This document shows, in pieces, positions 42,801 through 52,016 of a DNA stretch of 60,472 bases. The position numbers were made by a program, and so were the translations under genes. The stretch is taken from NCBI GenBank assembly GCA_964449965.1, contig CAYVEO010000007.1, positions 1-60,472 of the forward strand. Reading direction: 5' to 3'. The notes beneath the pieces are model-generated. The model was not told the DNA's origin. It saw nothing but the letters and a program-made list of their open reading frames with translations, and made no database searches. Positions within the stretch are counted from its first letter, which is position 1. Each line of letters opens with the position of its first letter. This DNA is from an uncultured Planctomycetia bacterium (lineage in GTDB: Bacteria > Omnitrophota > Gorgyraeia > CAYVEO01).

Positions 42801-45397
42801 GGAGCGATTGTACCCTTCAATATCCCTTTGCTGGACTTGTGCTTAACTTGATTTTCTCCCAGACAGTTTGTTTCATATATATTCAAAAAACCATCCGGAA
42901 ATCTTATTTCAAACTCTGTCTTTCTACCTTCTGCTTCGTAGAGCCTTATCAAAATTCCATCTTTGAATCTTTTTATTGAAGAAATAACCACATTCACCGG
43001 ATTTATTAAAATAGATCCCTCTTCTAAATAAGAATTTTTCTTTAACTTCCCCATACGGGTTACCACTGGCTGATTGAATTCATATCCATAACGCCACGGA
43101 AGGTATGGCTCATCTTTTTTAATAAAGGGAACTATGCTGTATTCAAAGACATGTTTTCTACCTTCTCCATAACCTGTCTCACATTTCTCTTTGCCAGGAC
43201 CCATGTCAACTGCACGGAACAAGGAGAGCATCATTACTCCATCAGTTACATTATTGCCTGGTAAACCCCGGTTTATAAGACATATACCCTTTTTATCATC
43301 CTGATAATCTACCCAGTTCAGAGCAGGATATTCTCCTTCGGGTCGCTCCTGAATACCAAAAGGTATCTCATAACGTATTATACCATTTTTTATATTGGTG
43401 GGGAATGCAATCCGTAACCTGTAATGCTTGCCAGAAGGAACAAATTCTGTGCGAAAGTCTATACGTCTGATACTATCATAAAGATAGATATATTGGACAT
43501 ACTCCCATGTGGATGCCCAGAAATTTACCTTACCCTCTACTTTCACAGTTAACCTGACAGGTCCTTTCTCTATAATCTCAACCTTCTGCGGCGACTGATG
43601 GCTGAATACTGCCCTTCTATCTCTTACCTGCTCACCTAAAGGATACGGGTCTGGATAAGTCCGTGTTGTCCTCATATTTTCATCCAGTGGCGCTTCATAA
43701 TATTCCCAGAAGTCACCTTGGTCTATCTGGAATATTAAATCATTAAAATATGGTTTTGTTGAATCAATAAACTCTTCACCACTTTCCTTATGAATGAGGC
43801 TTTTGATATTGCCACTATTTGAAATTTTAAGCCTGTAAACTTTGTTTTCTATCATATCCTTATTAGCCTTCAATAAAGTGTGGGAAGTCTTATTTTCTTT
43901 CTCAAGCAATTTTACTTTATATGTAGTATATCCCAAAGAAATATCTACTGGTATAACGAAAGTAAATTCTGTATAATATAGGGTGTCTTTTCGCAAGACT
44001 TCCTTTCTTGCCACAATCTGAGTTGGGACTTCCTTTCCATTTTTATCTTTCATTTTTATACCTTTTATTCCATCCTGACTAAAACTTATCATTGCCAGTG
44101 CTATATCTTTTCTCACCCAGCCCAATGGATTGAATACCAAGAGGTCTAAATTATTTTCATGTTTTGAATTTGTTGCCATAAACTCATCCAGACATCTCTC
44201 TATTATCTCACTAACAAGTCCTTTTGACCTTTTGTATTTTTTTACAGTATCTTCATACGACTCATCAATTATACTCCCGCAGATAATATCGTGGAACTGG
44301 TTATAAAGCATTATTTCAATTGCTTCTTCAAGTTTATAACATAATGCACTGGTATCTCTTAGGAAGATAAGACTTAGTAACCTTTCTGCCATATCAATCT
44401 GGTTTTCTAAGAAACGATTCGCCTGTTTTATATCTATTCTACTACAATATGTCCCTTGAAATGCAGGATTGAAATCACAAGATACTGTCGGAATACCATC
44501 TCTATTTTTCTCCCATATGCCAAAAACCTCTGACGCAAGAGAAAATCTCATCTCCTTGTCAGGATTACGCTTCTTCCATTCCCTCATTAATAAGAGGGCA
44601 CCTGCTTGTGGACGGGTAAAATCACTCCCATTTGGCAATAGTATCACATCACCAGAAGAAAATTCTGCTAATTTCTGTGTAACATCGGATAATCTCTTGA
44701 GGTCAAATTCATCACGAGATAAACCCCTTATGCCACGAAGCGCATCTTCTTCAGAACTTGGGAGGAACGTAAACCCGCTAAAGACAATAGCATTGTAACC
44801 TATTGGCATCCAGTGTGTTAAAATTTTTGTCCCATCAAGTCCTTCCCAGAAAAATTCACTTTTTTCTGTTTTATCTAAACGCATCGCCCTTGAGAAAGCA
44901 TAATATCTATATCCACACTTCTTAAGAATTTGCGGTATTTGGGCATGGTGTCCCCAACAGTCTGCTATCCAGCAGGTTATAGGGACTGTCCCAGATTTAC
45001 GGACTGAGTGAAACGAAGTCGTAGAATCGGGACTGTCCCAAATTTTGATTAGCCACTTTCTACCGACCTCACTCTGTCTTATGAGTGACTCTCCACTGAT
45101 TAAGTTCATATCAGGCATTACAAACATCCCCGGTCCTATCTCTACTCTGCCTTCTTCAACAAGCCTTTTCAACCTGCTGCGATATTCAGGAAATCTTTCC
45201 CAGAATTCCTTAAGCATAATAACTTGCTCTAAAAGAAACCGGTATTCCTTGTATCTGTCCATAATATTAAACATCTCTATCATGTCAGTCAAGGCGATTT
45301 CAAGATAAGCCTCGTAAGTCTTATCATACGCCACATCATAGTGAAAATGAGGCACAAGGCATATCTTTTGTTTGGTTGTATTATTCATCTCAATCAA
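42767..45397 (-). CDS. Glycoside hydrolase family 38 (alpha-mannosidase-like)
   Basis: 876 aa. N-terminal VPHFHYDVAY metal-binding motif, QFHDIICGS motif, and size and architecture typical of bacterial GH38. No signal peptide. Confidence 0.72.
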   Translation of the reverse strand: MIEMNNTTKQKICLVPHFHYDVAYDKTYEAYLEIALTDMIEMFNIMDRYKEYRFLLEQVIMLKEFWERFPEYRSRLKRLVEEGRVEIGPGMFVMPDMNLISGESLIRQSEVGRKWLIKIWDSPDSTTSFHSVRKSGTVPITCWIADCWGHHAQIPQILKKCGYRYYAFSRAMRLDKTEKSEFFWEGLDGTKILTHWMPIGYNAIVFSGFTFLPSSEEDALRGIRGLSRDEFDLKRLSDVTQKLAEFSSGDVILLPNGSDFTRPQAGALLLMREWKKRNPDKEMRFSLASEVFGIWEKNRDGIPTVSCDFNPAFQGTYCSRIDIKQANRFLENQIDMAERLLSLIFLRDTSALCYKLEEAIEIMLYNQFHDIICGSIIDESYEDTVKKYKRSKGLVSEIIERCLDEFMATNSKHENNLDLLVFNPLGWVRKDIALAMISFSQDGIKGIKMKDKNGKEVPTQIVARKEVLRKDTLYYTEFTFVIPVDISLGYTTYKVKLLEKENKTSHTLLKANKDMIENKVYRLKISNSGNIKSLIHKESGEEFIDSTKPYFNDLIFQIDQGDFWEYYEAPLDENMRTTRTYPDPYPLGEQVRDRRAVFSHQSPQKVEIIEKGPVRLTVKVEGKVNFWASTWEYVQYIYLYDSIRRIDFRTEFVPSGKHYRLRIAFPTNIKNGIIRYEIPFGIQERPEGEYPALNWVDYQDDKKGICLINRGLPGNNVTDGVMMLSLFRAVDMGPGKEKCETGYGEGRKHVFEYSIVPFIKKDEPYLPWRYGYEFNQPVVTRMGKLKKNSYLEEGSILINPVNVVISSIKRFKDGILIRLYEAEGRKTEFEIRFPDGFLNIYETNCLGENQVKHKSSKGILKGTIAPFEIRTFYLLR

Positions 45398-45450
45398 CTT
45401 TTGTTAAATTCAACTTAAGAATAATATTCCCGGAAAACTCCATACCTTCG

Positions 45451-46551
45451 CTATGTGGTAAGTAATGCCTCCTGCAAAGCCAAGAAGTTCTTAAGTGGCA
45501 CACCGTTATGTATCTCAGTCGTCGATCCAATCAGAATCCTGCCCTCCGCATCATTTATAGCCTTGCACACCGCATCCTTTACCTGTAACGGTGAACCGAA
45601 TGCAAGAAGTTGACTAACGTCAATGCCACCCGCCATCACCAGCCCGGGGTAACGTTTATGGATATCGCCTACGTCCATACCGGCAAGAATCTCTATCGGA
45701 TTAAGCATATCAATGCCGGTGCTAACCAAGCCGTCAAGGAGTTTATTCAGGTTTCCATCGGAGTGAAACATAACATATATCCCCCTGCGATGTATTGCTT
45801 CCACGATACGCTGGAGACGTCCGAAGTATTCTTGCTCAAAGAATGCCGGCGGGAGAATGGGCCCTGATTTGAACGCCAGGTCGTCTGCAATCAGAATCCC
45901 GAATGGCTTATCCTCTTCAGGGATCATCTCTACCGCTATGATAGCCCTTTTCGTATAATAATCAAACAAATCCAGGAATATCTGCTTATCATCGTATAAG
46001 AAAAAGGAGAATTGCTCTATCCCCAATTCACCGTAGATCTCTGAGAGGAGGTTACCGCCAATATTCGGGACATCGACACCGAATTGCTTTCTAGACTGTG
46101 CCCCAAGGACCCAGAAAAAAGCGATGTTCTGAAAATACTCACGCTGACAGCGTACATATTCATTGAAAAAATGCTTGATGGACAACAGTTCGGTTCCATC
46201 GAATTTTGAGCCGGAAAGCAATCGTTGCTTCTCCCGGGCGTACTCCTTGACATCGCCGTATTTCTTAGGTTCTACCCAGCGGGTCCATCGCTCGTATCTA
46301 ACCTTCCTGCCATCTGGCAGAACCTCCTCATGCTCGGGAACAGGAAGCTTGGGGACCCCCCTCGTAGCATCTAGTGCCCGGGCAGCAGCAACCCGCGTAA
46401 CCCGGTATGCGTTTTCATGGGTTAACTTTTCCCCGGCAAAATGTTCTATCACAGCATCACTGCGTAGGATGTCGAAATGAGGCTGCCGGTCAACTCTGCG
46501 GCATTTCAGAACGTTGGCGACCCGCTCTTTTGATGTTAGTTCGCTACTCAC
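45451..46551 (-). CDS. Uroporphyrinogen-decarboxylase (URO-D)-family protein, paralog 1
   Basis: 366 aa. TIM-barrel URO-D pattern with MFHSDGNLNKLLDGLVSTGIDMLNPIE. This paralog has H-x-D at the position where MtaA-type enzymes have H-x-C. Confidence 0.65.
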   Translation of the reverse strand: MSSELTSKERVANVLKCRRVDRQPHFDILRSDAVIEHFAGEKLTHENAYRVTRVAAARALDATRGVPKLPVPEHEEVLPDGRKVRYERWTRWVEPKKYGDVKEYAREKQRLLSGSKFDGTELLSIKHFFNEYVRCQREYFQNIAFFWVLGAQSRKQFGVDVPNIGGNLLSEIYGELGIEQFSFFLYDDKQIFLDLFDYYTKRAIIAVEMIPEEDKPFGILIADDLAFKSGPILPPAFFEQEYFGRLQRIVEAIHRRGIYVMFHSDGNLNKLLDGLVSTGIDMLNPIEILAGMDVGDIHKRYPGLVMAGGIDVSQLLAFGSPLQVKDAVCKAINDAEGRILIGSTTEIHNGVPLKNFLALQEALLTT

Positions 46552-46637
46552 GATATCCTCCTTGATTGTGCACCCGCGCCGACTGTGATTTATTTACTTC
46601 TCTATTCTGCCTATAATTAACCATTATCATATAATTC

Positions 46638-49190
46638 TTAATGAGACGCTTCCACTTCAGTGTGCTTTGATACTTGAATGTATTTATCTATCTTTTTGAT
46701 ATCTACTTCGCAACCGTTTATTTTAAGCGTCTTGGACTGGATAATTTCCAAAGGTAAAACCAATTTACCTTTTAGCTTATCCGGTAATTGGCACTTCAGA
46801 TTAAACGCATCCTTTGTTTTTTTCCACTCAACGTTAATATTTCCCTTAGGTGAAGGCCAATTGCCTCTTGCCGACCTCAAGCCACATAACTGAGGAGATA
46901 TCAATACTTCCTCAAAACCAGGCTTGGATGCTGAGATCCCCAAAATATATCTGCTCAGAAAATAGGACGGGCTCACCCCACCAGACTGAACCGCTGAGCG
47001 ACTGTCACGTGAGCGCCACCTCCCTGTATACCTCTCACCATAGAGATTCCATAATTCACTTATTGTATCAAGACCCTGTTTCCGGATCCTTCCATAGCGA
47101 TGTCTCATCATATCCAATGCCAATTTACCTTCGCCTACCTTGAAAAGAGCCTCTGATGCCCAGTAAAAGAGAGGTTCAAGTTGTCCAACATTGAGTGATA
47201 ATTTATGCAAGAATTTAATTATTGACCTTGTTTGTTTATTATTTGCAAATCCGAAGAGAATCATTAAAAAGTTAGCGTGTTCACTCACATGCTCAGATTT
47301 TACTCCATTTATCACTGCATCAACAAATACTCCTCTTTTTTCATCCCAAAATACCATGGATATTATCTTTGAGAGATTCCTGGACTTTTCCATATATTCT
47401 CTTGAGATATCTGGCTTACCCAAGAGTTCAGCAGTCTGAGATATTATTTTCATTGACTGTGCAAATATTGCATTTATACATAGGGCATTACCTCTTAAAT
47501 TAATATCAGTCCAATCAATGAATACCGGGTATGAAACTTTGCCTATCAGACCATGTCTATCAGTATATCCTTCAAGATGCTTTACAAAAGTATATGTCAT
47601 CTGGAACATATCTTCAAGGATTTCTTTATCTCCAAAAAGTTCGTAGTGTTCCCATAACCTCAAGATAAATATGCCTCCATCAATGAACAGACGGTTCGGT
47701 TCTCTTTTCTGTCCTAAAACAGCAGAAGGTATCATCCCGTAAGGCGTACATCCATTCTTCACATCTTTAAAATATTTCCTGATTATATCCAGGTCTCCAT
47801 ATCCGGCATAGATTGCATGAAGAATATTTGTTACATCCCCGGTATATTCCCTTCTTTCTCTGAAGGGATTATCCATGAATCTGTCATAAATACATAAATG
47901 GGCTGTTTCAACGCACGACTTCCAAAGCCAGTTTAACATTTCATCATTACATTCAAAATTTCCTAACATCTTGGCAGGATAACTTTCAGAAATCATTTTT
48001 ATTTTATGAATCTTTATTAGCTTTTGCATTTTTCTGAAGGTCAACTGAACATAACGAAAATGCCGCCAGTTAAAGGTCTCAAAATTCTGTCTACCTTCTT
48101 TAGTTATATACTGGTCTGCAAGGACTGTCCGCCGGGACAGATACGGAATTACACGTCCCTCAACTAATCTCTGACCATAACCAATATCTATAACAACGCC
48201 ATCATGAGCATCCACATCAAAAAATACCCTGCCATTTATGAGCCTGCCTGTATCAAGGGTTATGGTTGGGGCATATATACCTTCAAAATCATCATAGGAG
48301 ACATCATCGTCCATTAGATTTACAACAGTAGAGCCCTCACCGGTTCCGAGCAGGGATTTGACGTTAGTAATAGAGGTATATTTAGATGGTAATATCTTTT
48401 CCAATGACATCCTTACCGCTACATCTATATTGTTCGACTCTGCAAGTTCAAGAACCTCTCCTGAATTTATGATTGCAACTGGAGTAATTTCCTCATGGAT
48501 AAAATATGGTATTGAACGTGGTTCCAATTGCATCCACGGCAAGACCTTTGATGGTGAAGGATTACGCATCCACTGTTTTACCTTTTCATCCATAGTAATT
48601 ATAGTAGCCGGAACCCAGTTTCTATCAGAAAAACCAGGTTGTAGCCATCCAGATGGTTCATTTCTTGCATAATACATCTCTGCATAGGTCATATTATCCA
48701 TCTTGGGAGAATTACTATTCCATGCTGAAGATTCTAAAACATCCCAGGAACTATCTGTTATAATTGATTCTATCTTCTTTTTTCCATATTCCATATCCAT
48801 CTGGTTCAGGAATCCACCACGGCTCCAGTTCATGGTATATCCATCAGGATTATCTATGGCATTACCAAAGTGATATACAATTGCTCCAATTACATTTTCT
48901 CCTTGACACAAAAATTTGCTGACATCATATTCATCATACGATTGCTCCCTTGGTTCAGTCAAGATTGGACCTCTACCTACAAACTTACCATTCAGATAAA
49001 GTTTATACATCGTATCTGCAGATACATGACATATTACCCTTGATGGTTTCCCTTTCAGAAAGAAACTACGTCTAAAATATACATGGGTGTTCGGTTTAAA
49101 AGGGTCACCTTTCTGCCATATCCAGCATGCCTTCCAGACAGGCAGTTCCGTTGGGCGTGCTATGGACTTCTGTCTCATCAATATCCTCAT
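46638..49190 (-). CDS. GH78-like (alpha-L-rhamnosidase-type) glycoside hydrolase
   Basis: 850 aa. N-terminal SADTMYKLYLNGKFVGRGP matches the rhamnosidase N-domain pattern. The C-terminal half looks like an (alpha/alpha)6 barrel. No signal peptide. Confidence 0.5.
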   Translation of the reverse strand: MRILMRQKSIARPTELPVWKACWIWQKGDPFKPNTHVYFRRSFFLKGKPSRVICHVSADTMYKLYLNGKFVGRGPILTEPREQSYDEYDVSKFLCQGENVIGAIVYHFGNAIDNPDGYTMNWSRGGFLNQMDMEYGKKKIESIITDSSWDVLESSAWNSNSPKMDNMTYAEMYYARNEPSGWLQPGFSDRNWVPATIITMDEKVKQWMRNPSPSKVLPWMQLEPRSIPYFIHEEITPVAIINSGEVLELAESNNIDVAVRMSLEKILPSKYTSITNVKSLLGTGEGSTVVNLMDDDVSYDDFEGIYAPTITLDTGRLINGRVFFDVDAHDGVVIDIGYGQRLVEGRVIPYLSRRTVLADQYITKEGRQNFETFNWRHFRYVQLTFRKMQKLIKIHKIKMISESYPAKMLGNFECNDEMLNWLWKSCVETAHLCIYDRFMDNPFRERREYTGDVTNILHAIYAGYGDLDIIRKYFKDVKNGCTPYGMIPSAVLGQKREPNRLFIDGGIFILRLWEHYELFGDKEILEDMFQMTYTFVKHLEGYTDRHGLIGKVSYPVFIDWTDINLRGNALCINAIFAQSMKIISQTAELLGKPDISREYMEKSRNLSKIISMVFWDEKRGVFVDAVINGVKSEHVSEHANFLMILFGFANNKQTRSIIKFLHKLSLNVGQLEPLFYWASEALFKVGEGKLALDMMRHRYGRIRKQGLDTISELWNLYGERYTGRWRSRDSRSAVQSGGVSPSYFLSRYILGISASKPGFEEVLISPQLCGLRSARGNWPSPKGNINVEWKKTKDAFNLKCQLPDKLKGKLVLPLEIIQSKTLKINGCEVDIKKIDKYIQVSKHTEVEASH

Positions 49191-50713
49191 TTGAACTCCA
49201 CGCTAAAAAGTTCTGCACTGCGAAGACGGAAACGAAATGTGACAGGTGCGCCTTCAGAATAACCTATGTCAGACTGCCCATTCCATGTTACAATACGGTC
49301 TATATGGTCACCATTTAGATAATCGCAATCATTAAAACTACGACCCGGAAGTGCTTTACCATCAGAACCTACTGCTTCAATCCTAATATAACCTGCAATG
49401 GCAGTCCTAAAATTTAAGTGAACAGTCCTGCCTTTGAATTGAAGTGGCAATAAAGCAAAAGAACCTTCAAGAGGTGCCTGTAAAGCCACCAGCCGCCCTT
49501 TCTCCCACCATGCCCATCCCAAAGCACCGAGGGGAGGTCTGCGTGGATACTTATGCGGCACTGGTGAACCACATAATAAAATACCCATTCTATCACCGGG
49601 AAGAGGAACTAATCCAACTCCTGGTGCTACCACGCCTCCATCCCATGAACCAGGAGAACCAGGCTGGCATACAGGACCACCCGGAACAAATCCCCATACA
49701 ATGCCATCCGGGCTGGTCGCCAGATGAAAATCAAACTTATCTTCAGGCAAATTCCATCTCATCGGAAACATGACGTGATAGTCTGTTGTCCCTGGCATTA
49801 CTGTCTTTGCATTGGCATACCATGAATCATATGGTTCCATCATAGCATTGGGCCAGAAGAGTTCTTCTGGTAAAGGAAAACGGCGGAAATCGTCCGTCTC
49901 CATACGCCCTATTGCACGACGGCCGAAGAACCATGAACGGCAGTAAGCCACATATTTCTTTCGGGCTATATCATAAGTGCAGACATTGTGTGTATCGCTC
50001 GTCTGAACTACTAAAGAATTAGATATGGGTGTCCAACGGATTCCGTCAGGTGAGACTGCACCAAAAAGTCCAAACGGTTTATGTAAATGAAATGGGTCTA
50101 TTTCATCAGGGCGTTCTTTAAGATTTTTTTCCATCTCTTTCTTTGTAACAATTCCAAGATAAAACAACTTATATCGTTCCTCATGTGGCGCAGATGGGTC
50201 TTTAAAAACACACCCGCCGTGGTAGCCTGTCTCTGGCGTCAGTGACGGACCATAGACGACGTTGTTGTTCCTACTGCCATTGTATTCAATCAATCCTATT
50301 GATGGAAATTTCCAATCCATACCATTATCAGACTCGGCATACCGAACAAGGTTAAAGTTCCCCATACGGTCTGTCCCAATATCTTCTTTGGGCCAGCAGT
50401 CATGCCATAGCCGATAACGGCCATTTTCATAAATGGTTGTGCCTGCAAAAAGGAACAATTCTGAAGCCTTTTCAGGAACTATCACAGGCTCAGTCTTTCT
50501 GGCTGGTTGAGCAATGATACTTATACCAAGAGGCATATCACGATATTCAAGATGCATAGGTGGAACAGGCTCATCACCCCACATTGGTATAGATTTGTTA
50601 TCCGGACCAAGCCATGCAAACCCACCAATATTCACATACCGCCAGTCGTGAAAATATATGATATTGGACGGCAGAGTATAAGGTGGTTTCAAACCATGAT
50701 GTGGACTTATCAT
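49187..50713 (-). CDS. Hypothetical protein, possibly beta-propeller glycosidase-like
   Basis: 508 aa, long and non-degenerate, with an ATGA overlap to the upstream gene. Repeated W/Y-rich blade-like segments (YENGRYRLWH, RYKLFYLG, SPDGIRW, SPDGIVW). No family recognised with confidence. Confidence 0.3.
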   Translation of the reverse strand: MISPHHGLKPPYTLPSNIIYFHDWRYVNIGGFAWLGPDNKSIPMWGDEPVPPMHLEYRDMPLGISIIAQPARKTEPVIVPEKASELFLFAGTTIYENGRYRLWHDCWPKEDIGTDRMGNFNLVRYAESDNGMDWKFPSIGLIEYNGSRNNNVVYGPSLTPETGYHGGCVFKDPSAPHEERYKLFYLGIVTKKEMEKNLKERPDEIDPFHLHKPFGLFGAVSPDGIRWTPISNSLVVQTSDTHNVCTYDIARKKYVAYCRSWFFGRRAIGRMETDDFRRFPLPEELFWPNAMMEPYDSWYANAKTVMPGTTDYHVMFPMRWNLPEDKFDFHLATSPDGIVWGFVPGGPVCQPGSPGSWDGGVVAPGVGLVPLPGDRMGILLCGSPVPHKYPRRPPLGALGWAWWEKGRLVALQAPLEGSFALLPLQFKGRTVHLNFRTAIAGYIRIEAVGSDGKALPGRSFNDCDYLNGDHIDRIVTWNGQSDIGYSEGAPVTFRFRLRSAELFSVEFK

Positions 50714-50740
50714 AGCAGTTTCTCCTTAATGATTTTATAC

Positions 50741-51994
50741 TTAATATTTCCCGAATTCCTGGATAGATTCAAACATAGCTACTATATTTTCTGGAGGTGT
50801 CCCCTGCTGAATATTATGAACCTGACAGAAGACAAATCCTCCACCTGGTGCAAAAACCCTTAACCTTTCTTTTATCTCTCTTCTTATGTCTTCAGGTTTT
50901 CCAAAAGGAAGGGTTTTCTGCGTATCACATCCGCCTCCCCAGAAAACGAGACTGTCTCCAAATTCTTCCTTTAACTTCTTCGTCTCCATCCCTGCGGCTG
51001 AACATTGAACAGGACTGAGTATGTCTAACCCGCAATCTATAAGCGTAGGAATTAAACGATATATAGAACCACAGGAGTGTAAAAATATCTTCCATCCTGT
51101 ATTCTCGTGTATCCAATGCCATACTTTCCTGTAATACGGGGCGATTAGTTCCTTGAATAAATCGGGGTTTATTAACTCTCCCCCTTGTGTTCCTAAATCA
51201 TCTGTAAAGGCTATAGCACATATTTTATCACCAATTGCCTGTTTGTAAAGCCTTAAATTTTCAATCCAGAAATTTACTGTCTTATCAAAAATCTCCTTCA
51301 CATATTCTTGTTCTGTAAGCAGCATTATCATCCAGTCACTATACCCTATGGAGTATAATTCAGTCATCACCCTGAATGTACCCTCACCTAAACCTAAGAA
51401 ACCACTGTCACCTAATATAGCATAGTCTGTCTTGTTAAATAGATAGTCTGCTCTATCCTGAAGACATTTTAATTCCTCTTCAGAAAATCCCCTTGAGGGT
51501 TTATATTCCTCCACTGGTACCTTTGTCTTGCCTGTGTCCTCAAGTGGATTTGTGCCAGGTCGTGGATAGTCAAAATAATATCCACCTTTAGGCATACGGC
51601 CTACAGTATCGCCATTCTCATCCAAAAGGGTTAAATTGCCTTTTCCGTCTTCTTTGGGCATATAATTCGACGGAATTTCTACCTCTGTCCCATCAAACGA
51701 CTGCCATTTTTTCCACTTATCAGAATAAGGTCTTATGGGATATGGCAAATACATTTTTCTAAAGAGCGGCACAACGTCTATCTCAAGCCTTTTCAATATC
51801 GGCTCTTCAACTATTGCCAGCATCTGTTTCACGTCATAGAGTTGGTTCTTGCTATTTTTGATACCTAGATATTTCTTAAGCCTGTCATACGCTGATACCA
51901 TAATCCCTGTTGACCTGTTTGCCCCTAAGTCAACCGGCACCCTATCCGCTTCTTTATGATTTAAAGTCTGGAATACTCTGTCTCGTGACAACAT
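50741..51994 (-). CDS. Uroporphyrinogen-decarboxylase (URO-D)-family protein, paralog 2 (MtaA-like H-x-C motif)
   Basis: 417 aa. IFLHSCGSIYRLIPTLIDCGLDILSPVQ carries the H-x-C motif used as zinc ligands in methylcobamide methyltransferases. Later Cys residues occur at GGGCDT and FVFCQVHN. Confidence 0.65.
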   Translation of the reverse strand: MLSRDRVFQTLNHKEADRVPVDLGANRSTGIMVSAYDRLKKYLGIKNSKNQLYDVKQMLAIVEEPILKRLEIDVVPLFRKMYLPYPIRPYSDKWKKWQSFDGTEVEIPSNYMPKEDGKGNLTLLDENGDTVGRMPKGGYYFDYPRPGTNPLEDTGKTKVPVEEYKPSRGFSEEELKCLQDRADYLFNKTDYAILGDSGFLGLGEGTFRVMTELYSIGYSDWMIMLLTEQEYVKEIFDKTVNFWIENLRLYKQAIGDKICAIAFTDDLGTQGGELINPDLFKELIAPYYRKVWHWIHENTGWKIFLHSCGSIYRLIPTLIDCGLDILSPVQCSAAGMETKKLKEEFGDSLVFWGGGCDTQKTLPFGKPEDIRREIKERLRVFAPGGGFVFCQVHNIQQGTPPENIVAMFESIQEFGKY

Positions 51995-52016
51995 TTTTAT
52001 GGTCCATCCTTTTATA

